Assembly (NCBI GenBank): GCA_965224085.1
Contig: CBDCYI010000011.1
Location: 1 to 64,000 of the forward strand
Length of the DNA stretch: 64,000 bases
From: Candidatus Marinacidobacterales bacterium
GTDB taxonomy: Bacteria; Acidobacteriota; Vicinamibacteria; Marinacidobacterales; SMYC01
Direction: 5' to 3'
The position numbers and the translations under genes were made by a program. Each line of letters begins with the position of its first letter. The first letter of the stretch is position 1. The notes beneath the pieces are model-generated. The model did not search any database, was not told the DNA's origin, and saw nothing but the letters and a program-made list of their open reading frames with translations. This document shows positions 1 to 7,360 of this stretch, piece after piece.

Positions 1-1
1 C

Positions 2-442
2 TACGAAGTTGCCGCAGGCAATCCGGCGGACCAAACTCAGTGGATGCCCGCGCTGGAGCAACACAAAAAACAGTTCGCTCGTGCGCCGGAGATGGCGACC
101 GCTGACCGCGGATTCTTTTCGGCAGACAATGAACGCAAGGCCATAGATCTCGGTGTAAAGAAAGTGGTGTTGCCGGCTCGAGGACGACCCTCGAAAAAAC
201 GAGCCAAGGTTCAAAAAAAGCGCTGGTTCCGTCGAGCCCTCAAGTGGCGCGGGGGCGTCGAGTCCCGCATCAGCACCCTCAAGCACCGCTTCGCTATGCT
301 TCGCGCCACCTACAAGGGCGACCGAGGATTCAAGCGTTACGTCGGGTGGTGCGTTATCAGCCAAAACCTCATATCGATCGCTCGAGTCAAGCGGCGAAGA
401 AAGGACAGCGAAAATGCCGAACCCTCATTCCGATCCACGTAA
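2..442 (+). CDS. DDE transposase (ISNCY/IS5-like), C-terminal part, 5' truncated by the window edge
   Basis: Frame open from base 2: GNPAD...ADRGF...WRGGVESRISTLKH; matches GNPSD, YDGAF and GIEGVISFLK in the neighbouring transposase. Confidence 0.85.
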   Translation, partial: YEVAAGNPADQTQWMPALEQHKKQFARAPEMATADRGFFSADNERKAIDLGVKKVVLPARGRPSKKRAKVQKKRWFRRALKWRGGVESRISTLKHRFAMLRATYKGDRGFKRYVGWCVISQNLISIARVKRRRKDSENAEPSFRST

Positions 443-751
443 ACGTCGGGACCAGCTCCTACAACAGATTCAACAATATGCGCGAAGGGCGATCTTCGGC
501 GAAACCTATCGTACCTGCGCGGTACGCCCACTTGTCGGTGCCACGGGCCCGGGCCAAAGCATGGCCCTCACCTCTATATCAATTTTCGTGGCAAGCACGG
601 CAAGACTACCGGCTACTATGTGCCCCAAGCCGCACACAAGCGTATCCGCGAAGGCGTCGCCGCATGGCAGAGCTTGCAGGATTGTCTGCGAGAACTCGCG
701 GACATCAACAAGCAAAATACGCTCGACCGTGCCCGACAGGCGCGTTCCTAA
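414..751 (+). pseudogene. DUF6788-like small Cys/His protein, frameshifted
   Basis: Removing an extra GC at ~516-520 gives YRTCGTPTCRCHGPGPKHGPHLYINF...GVAAWQSLQDCLRELADIN, stop at 749-751. Confidence 0.7.
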
Positions 752-835
752 CAAGCAGTACAACCAACGGCCTCACTCCTGTGCTCAAACAAATGAACGC
801 CTTGACGCTAAACGGGCTTTTGCAACAGCCTCTAG

Positions 836-2525
836 CTAGTACCCGTCCTGACAGGTGTAAGAGGTTGAGAAAAAAGGGGTAATCGCAAATTTAGGGCTAG
901 CCTTCTGAGGGAGTGTCGTTTAGTATCGAGTCGACAAAAACGCAGATTCTAAACGACTTAACTCCAAAGGAGACCAGCCCTAAATGCGAAAAACGATCAA
1001 CCCACAACCAAGCCTTCGCGAGCCCTGGCTGGAGCTGGAGCACGCACGCGAGCTCGAAACGATATCATCGCTGCTCGATGCCCATCCTAAGCTCAATGAG
1101 CTGGTACTGCAAGACCTGAGGTCGGTCACCCCATCGGCAGGGAGCGATGTTGGTCGTGGGGGAATGAGCGCGGAGCAGGTTCTCCGGGCGTTGTTGGTCA
1201 AGCAGCTGAATCAGTTCACCTATCGGGAGCTGGCGTTTCACTTGGCAGACTCTCGAAGCTATCGGACGTTTTGCCAGCTCGGCATCATAGAGCCGAGCCC
1301 GTCGAAGTCGACCCTAGCAGCAAACATCAAAGCCGTGAAGTTCGAAACGCTGGAGAAAATCAACCGAGAGTTGGTGAGTGTTGCCGAGAAGACCGCGATC
1401 GAAAAAGGAAGAAAAGTACGAGTGGACTGCACGGTAGTGGAGTCGAATATTCATTCTCCTACGGACTCCGAGCTTCTTTATGACTGCGTCCGAGTTCTCA
1501 CTCGCCTCATGTGCCGAACTCGCGAACTGCTGGGTACAGTAGTGGTCTTCGGCAATCGAACGCGTCGAGCGAAGAGACGTCGACTGGGAGTTCTAAACGC
1601 GAAGGATAAGGAACAAAGGCGTCGCGTCTATCGAGATCTACTGAAGGTGTCGGAAGAAACCTATCGCTCCGCTCAACGCGTTGCAGACCAGTTGGACGAG
1701 TCCGGCTTGACCGAGCCGGTGAAGCGAGCGAGTGCGGAGAAGATCGCCGCGGATTTTAAGCACTTTCTCGTCCTCACCGAAAAAGTCATCAACCAAACTC
1801 GGCGTAGAGTGATTGATGAAGAGCGTGTGCCTGCGGAGGAAAAGGTCGTTTCGATCTTCGAAGAACACACCGACATTATTCGCAAAGACCGGCGCGAGAC
1901 TCTCTACGGTCACAAGGTGTGTTTGACTGGTGGCTCGTCCTCGATGATTTTGGATTGCGTGATCTTGGATGGGAATCCGTCCGATTCAACTCTCGCGGAA
2001 ACCATGATCGACCGTCAAGTCGAACTCTACGAACGGGCCCCGCGCCAGGTTGCCTACGATGGCGCGTTTTCTTCAAAGGCAAACTTGGAAGCCATCAAAG
2101 GCAAGGGAGTTGAAGATGTTGCCTTTACCAAGGCTCACTTCGCGGTGACCGATATGGTCAAGAGTTCCTGGGTCTATCAACGCCTACGGCGATTTCGCTG
2201 CGGAATCGAAGGCGTCATTTCGTTCTTGAAACGAGTCTTTGGTCTCGACCGATGCACATGGCGCTCATTGCCTTCTTTCAAATCCTACGTATGGAGTTCC
2301 ATCATCACCTGCAACCTGTTGGTAATGGCAAGGCACCTATTACGATAATAATGATTGCTCTTACTGCGTTTATAGCCATGGATTGCTGACGATTCGCCTC
2401 TCGTTTCGTCCAAGATTTTCATTCGCTTCCGAGCCTACGAGGTGCCGGCTGAAAACGTATAATACCCACATCTTCGATAGGCCTCTCGTACACCACAAGT
2501 TATGGTGTTTCTGGACAGGAACTAG
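836..2525 (+). mobile_element. Complete ISNCY/IS5-like insertion sequence with CTAG target duplication
   Basis: Imperfect terminal IRs CTAGTACCCGTCCTGA and (rc) CTAGTTCCTGTCCAGA; extra CTAG on each side at 832-835 and 2526-2529. Confidence 0.85.
984..2348 (+). CDS. ISNCY/IS5-like DDE transposase
   Basis: 454 aa; RVDCTVVESNIHSPTDSELL, GNPSD, YDGAF, R-x-GIEGVISFLKR; SD AAGGAG upstream. Confidence 0.92.
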   Translation: MRKTINPQPSLREPWLELEHARELETISSLLDAHPKLNELVLQDLRSVTPSAGSDVGRGGMSAEQVLRALLVKQLNQFTYRELAFHLADSRSYRTFCQLGIIEPSPSKSTLAANIKAVKFETLEKINRELVSVAEKTAIEKGRKVRVDCTVVESNIHSPTDSELLYDCVRVLTRLMCRTRELLGTVVVFGNRTRRAKRRRLGVLNAKDKEQRRRVYRDLLKVSEETYRSAQRVADQLDESGLTEPVKRASAEKIAADFKHFLVLTEKVINQTRRRVIDEERVPAEEKVVSIFEEHTDIIRKDRRETLYGHKVCLTGGSSSMILDCVILDGNPSDSTLAETMIDRQVELYERAPRQVAYDGAFSSKANLEAIKGKGVEDVAFTKAHFAVTDMVKSSWVYQRLRRFRCGIEGVISFLKRVFGLDRCTWRSLPSFKSYVWSSIITCNLLVMARHLLR

Positions 2526-2804
2526 CTAGCTCTTGTGGGCTTCCATATAGGCTCTCAGCAATGCATTGATTTGTGTCTGATAGCCGCGACCTCGAGCCTT
2601 GAACCATTCGAGCACATCGTTGTCAACGCGCAACGTAAGCTGAACTTTCCTACCCCGCGGTTTTAGGCCGCGGCGGACCACGCCCCGAGCAAATATCTCC
2701 GGAGTAATTTCCGGGGAATCCGACAGGTCGATCTTTTCATCGGACATCGCATCCACTCGTTTCCAGTCAGTCTGCGACTTCTTCGAAGTATTTCCTTTCT
2801 TCAT
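2526..2804 (-). CDS. brnA: BrnA antitoxin (type II TA)
   Basis: TDWKRVDAM...KVQLTLRVDNDVLEWFKARGRGYQTQINALLRAYM; overlaps brnT. Confidence 0.92.
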   Translation of the reverse strand: MKKGNTSKKSQTDWKRVDAMSDEKIDLSDSPEITPEIFARGVVRRGLKPRGRKVQLTLRVDNDVLEWFKARGRGYQTQINALLRAYMEAHKS

Positions 2805-3039
2805 AGCTCGTTGCCTTTCTCACTGAGATGATTCGAATCGTGTCGCGTTCGGTATGTACCACGAGCGCGACTCTTCCTTGTATAAGGCCGAGCGTCAAAA
2901 AACGCCGCTCACCGTAATCGAAACGATCATCCTCCGCCGTTAGCGTATCGCCGTCGAACAAAGATGGTACGTCCAAAAAATCAATGCCGTGCTTGTCGAG
3001 GTTTGCGAAGCGTTTATCTTCGTCCCACTCGAACTCCAC
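2767..3039 (-). CDS. brnT: BrnT ribonuclease toxin
   Basis: MEFEWDEDKRFANLDKHGIDF...YGERRF...IRIISVRKAT. Confidence 0.93.
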   Translation of the reverse strand: MEFEWDEDKRFANLDKHGIDFLDVPSLFDGDTLTAEDDRFDYGERRFLTLGLIQGRVALVVHTERDTIRIISVRKATSYEERKYFEEVAD

Positions 3040-3045
3040 CTTCGA

Positions 3046-3074
3046 ATTATAGCTACATTTTGTAGTTACATCAA
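3046..3074 (-). promoter_or_regulatory. Sigma70 promoter of brnTA with a palindromic operator
   Basis: TTGATG-17 nt-TATAAT, 6 nt before the GTG; spacer contains CTACA-AAA-TGTAG. Confidence 0.75.
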
Positions 3075-3223
3075 ATGGTTTGAGGGCTAGACATTCTAAT
3101 TTCGAGGATCGATTCGTTGGGTTGGATTGAGCCCTCTGGGAACGTGCGATCTAGCCGTGCGGCTAAATGGCGGGGCACTACGGCGTGCCGTCCTTTGATA
3201 TTCGCGGACTTCGGTTCGACCGC

Positions 3224-3516
3224 GACTCGGGACTCGGGACTCGTACAAAAGGGTGGCCCCTGTACTACTGGCCCCTGTACTACCAACCTGTCCTGCAGGA
3301 CCTCGGCCGCCACGACCGCGAACTCCGCCCGGACGGAGTTACTTAAAGTACTACTTGAAGTCTCAAAAGCGTGGCAGAAGGTGGATGGCGAGGCTCGTAC
3401 AAAAGGGTGGCACCCGGGCCGGCCAAGCGCAAACGCCAAGCGCCGGGCCGATGAAGCGCCGGGCAAGCTCGGCCCGAATGGGCCAATGAAACGCCGGGCG
3501 AGCTCGGCGCAAGCTC
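3224..3516. repeat. Cluster of short direct and inverted repeats in non-coding DNA
   Basis: GACTCGG x3, TGGCCCCTGTACTAC x2, CTCGTACAAAAGGGTGGC x2, ACTTAAAGTA-C-TACTTGAAGT palindrome, GGGCCRATGAARCGCCGGGCRAGCTCGGC x2. Confidence 0.7.
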
Positions 3517-3599
3517 AAGAGAGAGCGAGCATCAAGTTCTAAGACTAGAGAGAAAACCGAATGGCTTCAACGTAGTCGCCTTGGGATGGATGCCGGGCT

Positions 3600-3982
3600 A
3601 TGCTACCAGAGCAATCGATGCTTTTTCTTCTTCTGCTTGAGCTCACCAGCCAGGCGACCTCGGGAAGCCCGGGCGACATCCTCGCTCGCGCCGAGGCACG
3701 CCTTCGAAGCGGAAGCCCTCCGGAAGCCGCGGAACTCCTGACGCCCTTTCTCGAAGGTCGCAGTCTCGAAAGCGCCCGTGGTTTTCTCCTGCGCGGCACC
3801 GCTTATCAAACGATGGAAGAGCCGCGCAGAGCGGCGCTCGATTTTGAGCGGGCGGCGTCGCTCGACCCGAAAAGACTCGAAGCCCGCGTGCGATCGGGGC
3901 AAGGACATGTTCTTCAAGGCGATCTATCCCGATGGGCGGGAAGAGATCCTCCTCTCTGTCCCCGACTACGACATGAACTGGG
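3600..3982 (+). pseudogene. Chimeric remnant: TPR-protein N-terminus joined out of frame to a copper-monooxygenase-like C-terminal fragment
   Basis: [28 protein letters not shown] (TPR), then in another frame [29 protein letters not shown]. Confidence 0.6.
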
Positions 3983-4054
3983 GATTTTCGGTTGAGCGTG
4001 AGACGACCCAGCCATCAAGCTAAAAAAGGCCAGGCCTGAGGCCATCCGTTTCAT
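3914..4054 (-). pseudogene. Truncated start of a secreted-protein gene
   Basis: [25 protein letters not shown] signal-peptide-like start; TTGACA-17-TATCCT upstream at 4112-4140; runs into the antisense of another fragment at ~3980. Confidence 0.45.
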
Positions 4055-4354
4055 CAAAAGCCCCCCCTGAAGAAGTTGAAAGTAGCTTCTTATCTGCTCG
4101 TCCAGCTTTTCAGGATATTTTCACATCGGTTCCCTGTCAACCGCTCGCGTTGGACATTGCGTCCTCCGAGGTGTTTTCGCCATTGAGTGTGCTACGCGGG
4201 TGCGGGCAGTGGCTGGTATGGCCAGTTCACCAACCACGTGAACTCGTCGCCGTCAGACGTCTTCTCGCCTGTCGAAGCCGGTCTGGATCAAGAATGATGA
4301 ATGGAGCAACGGCTGTTCAGGCGACGAGCAGGTAATTTTACGAAACGAACCGGA

Positions 4355-5968
4355 TCAGCGATTGGGCTCCTTCGGCTGCGGCACGCCGTCGCCCGCTCTG
4401 GGAGCGACCGGCGCCGGGGCTCCCAACTCCATCAGAAAAGCGACCGTCTCGGGCCGTTGGATCGGAAGGCCGCCCGCGACAACGATACCGTTCGGCATGT
4501 CCGTCACGTGCCAACCTTTCTTCGACTTTGCGTCAAGCTCTGCATCCTTCTCCACCAGAAACCGAATCAGCTCGTGGTCGCCCGCCCAGGCCGCGCCGTG
4601 AAGAGCCGTCAGATCGTCATCATCGCGCGCGTTCACGTCGAGACCGAACTCCATACATAATTCGACAGCAGCCACGCGCGCATGGGGCACCCGTGCCGTC
4701 TGGGCAAACTCCCCGGGAACCCATCCCACCCCCGCGGCGGCCATCAGGGGTGTGACGCCTCCATCCGTCGAAATCGCAGGGTTCGCCCCATGGGCAACGA
4801 GGAGCTTCATCGCCTCGACGTCGTCCGCCATGGCCGCCCGCCAGAAGGCCGTCGAGCCTTCCGTTCGGACCCAGGACCGGTCGTGAGAGGAGGGCCGATA
4901 ATAGAGCTTTCTCGTCAACCTCGCGTTGGGGTTCGCGCCGGCTCGGAGAAGCGCTTCCATCAACTCGAGGTAGCCGACGTTCTGGTGGGTCGTAATCGGC
5001 GCCGGTGCCCAAGAGAGCGGCGCGTACTCGATGTCGATGACGGCGTAGAGCGGCACGAGCCCGTCGCTGTTCGCGGCATTCGGGTTCGCACCGTGCTCGA
5101 GCAGGTACTTCGCGATATCGAAGTTGGCGTTGGCCGCGGCAATGACGACAGGGCTACTGAAATCTCCCGGACTTACCCGATTGACATCGGCGCCCGCTTC
5201 GACCAACGCGCGCACGGCGTCCATCTGGCCGTCGCGCGCCGCAAACAAGAGCGCCGTCATCCCGCCCATCACCGTCGCCTTGGGCCTCTTGGTAAAGTCG
5301 ATCGGGGGCAGGTCCGCCTTCGGATCGGGAGGTTCATCGGGAACGATCGCGCCGGTCTCGTCGTAAGTTGGCCGTGTCCGCAGATCTTCCACATCCGAGG
5401 CAACTTCGAGATCGGCACCGTGCTCGACGAGCATCTTGATCACTTCGGAACGGTTTTCGGCAGCCGCAAACATCAGCGCCGTCTGACCGTAGGCGCGCTC
5501 CCTCGCGTTCACGTTGGCGCCGTTTTCTGCGAGCAACCGGACGCTCTTCGTGCTACCCGAGGCGGCCGCCCGCATGAGAGAGGTCTGCCCGTTCACGGTG
5601 CTGGCCGCGTGCGGGTCGGCCCCGGCCGAAAGCAGCAAGCTTACCATCGGAAGTTGGCCATGCGTGCAGGCCAGAAACAGCGGGGTGAGATCGCCGAGAC
5701 GCGTCTTGGCTTGAACGTCCGCCCCGGCTTCGATCAAGAGCCGCGCCATCTCCACGTCATCCTTGACCGCCGCCCAGTGGAGCGCGGACATACCGTCACC
5801 CTGGGCGCCATTCACATCGACATCCTGCTGAAGCAGGGAACGGACGGCTTCCATGTTGGCCTCCATCGCCGCATCTGCCAGCCGGACATCCGGACTTTCA
5901 GCCGACAACATTGCCGCGAGAGAGACCAGCACGACCACGAGTACACCGATGATGCGTTGACCGGACAT
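4355..5968 (-). CDS. Exported ankyrin-repeat protein
   Basis: Many G-x-T-A/P-L-H/M-x-A-A repeats; signal peptide after MSGQR; SD GAGGG. Confidence 0.9.
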   Translation of the reverse strand: MSGQRIIGVLVVVLVSLAAMLSAESPDVRLADAAMEANMEAVRSLLQQDVDVNGAQGDGMSALHWAAVKDDVEMARLLIEAGADVQAKTRLGDLTPLFLACTHGQLPMVSLLLSAGADPHAASTVNGQTSLMRAAASGSTKSVRLLAENGANVNARERAYGQTALMFAAAENRSEVIKMLVEHGADLEVASDVEDLRTRPTYDETGAIVPDEPPDPKADLPPIDFTKRPKATVMGGMTALLFAARDGQMDAVRALVEAGADVNRVSPGDFSSPVVIAAANANFDIAKYLLEHGANPNAANSDGLVPLYAVIDIEYAPLSWAPAPITTHQNVGYLELMEALLRAGANPNARLTRKLYYRPSSHDRSWVRTEGSTAFWRAAMADDVEAMKLLVAHGANPAISTDGGVTPLMAAAGVGWVPGEFAQTARVPHARVAAVELCMEFGLDVNARDDDDLTALHGAAWAGDHELIRFLVEKDAELDAKSKKGWHVTDMPNGIVVAGGLPIQRPETVAFLMELGAPAPVAPRAGDGVPQPKEPNR

Positions 5969-5982
5969 TCTGGTTTCCCTCC

Positions 5983-7356
5983 TCAGAGCGAAAGTGTTCC
6001 GGTGCTGTCGCCAATCGTGTCGATATCGACGCCGAGCTTGTGCATCACAGTCAAGAGCGCGTTCGCCATCGGCGTACCTTCGGGAGCTCTCAGATGGAGA
6101 TTGCCCTCGAGCTGCCCGTTCGCGTGTCCCAAAAGCAACAGGGGACACCGCTTGTGCTCATGGATTTGCCCGTTACCCATAGGGCTTCCATACAGCACTA
6201 GCGAGTGATCTAACAGGCTGCCGTCTCCATCGGGCGTGTCCTTCATGCGGTCGAGGAGGTACGCAACCAGGCTGACATGGTACCGGTTGACTCGGGCGAA
6301 CTCCTCGATCTCTTCCGGGCGGTCACCGTGGTGCGAGCCCGAGTGGAACGGAGTCTTGACACCACTTTCGGGATAGACTCGGGGGCTGACGTCTCGAGCC
6401 ATCATCAACGCCGAGACCCGCGTGACCTCCGCCTGGAAACCCAACACCGTCAGGTCGCACATCAGCTTGAAATGTTCGTCGAACGAATCGGGCACGCCGA
6501 TGGGCGCCGTGGGCAATTCACGGGGCTCACGATTGGAGTTTTGTTTCTCGACCATCTGGATCCGGCGCTCGATCTCTCGAACGTTGTCCAGATAGTTGCT
6601 CAGCCGGTTCCGGTCGCTCGGGGGGAGGTCTTTCTGGAGTCGAGCCACCTTCTCCACGATAGCATCGAGAATGCTCCGGTCCTCCTGTCTGCGGAGGAGG
6701 CGCTCGCCCGGCGAGCCGCCACCGCCGAACAGGCGCTCGAAGACCACACGGGGATCGATTTGCATCGGGAGCGGCTCGGTCGGCGACGCCCAGCTGATCG
6801 AGTACTTGTACACACAGCTGTAGCCGAAACCGCAGGAACCCACGAGCGAGCCGGTATCTTCGATACCCAGCTCTAGCGACGGCAGCGGCGTATCCTGGCC
6901 GAATCGCTGCGCGTAGATTTGATCGATCGACGTGTCGCACTCATAGTCGGCACCTTCGGTCATCTTCGGGTGCGCTCCCGTGAGAAACACCGCGGCCGAG
7001 CGGCTATGATCCCCGCCCACTTCTTCCGGTGTTTGAGGGTCCGCGTTCGCACAGTCCGTGTCGCTTACGATCGTCACGTGCTCGCGGAGCGGCTCGAGCG
7101 GCTTCAGGCTCAGCGTGAGCTCGAAATCGGACTCGTCCTTCACAGGCGACCAGTAGTTCATCTTCCGGCCGTGCACACAACTACCGGCCGCGCCGTGCGG
7201 AACCTCTATCGCAAAAAGACGCGTCCCTGTCGCGGCCGCCGTCTTGCGCATCGGGGTCAGAGCGGGCACCATCGACTCCAGCAAGGGTAGCGCCATCGTC
7301 ACCCCCATGCCGTGCAAAGCCGTGCGTCGGGAAATGTGTTTTTTGGTGATGAACAT
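5983..7356 (-). CDS. DUF1552 domain protein
   Basis: ISRRTALHGMGVTMALPLLESM, SLELG, CGFGYSCVY, PRVVFERLFG, SLLDHSLVLYGS; follows the DUF1592 gene as usual. Confidence 0.9.
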   Translation of the reverse strand: MFITKKHISRRTALHGMGVTMALPLLESMVPALTPMRKTAAATGTRLFAIEVPHGAAGSCVHGRKMNYWSPVKDESDFELTLSLKPLEPLREHVTIVSDTDCANADPQTPEEVGGDHSRSAAVFLTGAHPKMTEGADYECDTSIDQIYAQRFGQDTPLPSLELGIEDTGSLVGSCGFGYSCVYKYSISWASPTEPLPMQIDPRVVFERLFGGGGSPGERLLRRQEDRSILDAIVEKVARLQKDLPPSDRNRLSNYLDNVREIERRIQMVEKQNSNREPRELPTAPIGVPDSFDEHFKLMCDLTVLGFQAEVTRVSALMMARDVSPRVYPESGVKTPFHSGSHHGDRPEEIEEFARVNRYHVSLVAYLLDRMKDTPDGDGSLLDHSLVLYGSPMGNGQIHEHKRCPLLLLGHANGQLEGNLHLRAPEGTPMANALLTVMHKLGVDIDTIGDSTGTLSL

Positions 7357-7360
7357 TGCG

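Larger units (their letters stand above)
1..835 (+). mobile_element. Right part of an ISNCY/IS5-like insertion sequence carrying a DUF6788-like passenger gene; left end outside the window
   Basis: Transposase C-terminus followed by a small overlapping ORF and an end sequence TTTTGCAACAGCCT-CTAG. Confidence 0.7.

Noticed and set aside
3224-3516. Possible CRISPR array
   Set aside because: Each unit occurs only 2-3 times, lengths differ, there is no regular repeat-spacer period and no cas genes are present.
4682-6208. Long antisense ORFs (also 32673..33959, 39567..40682, 48524..49729, 53671..54672)
   Set aside because: Shadows of well-supported genes on the other strand in GC-rich DNA; no recognisable motifs.
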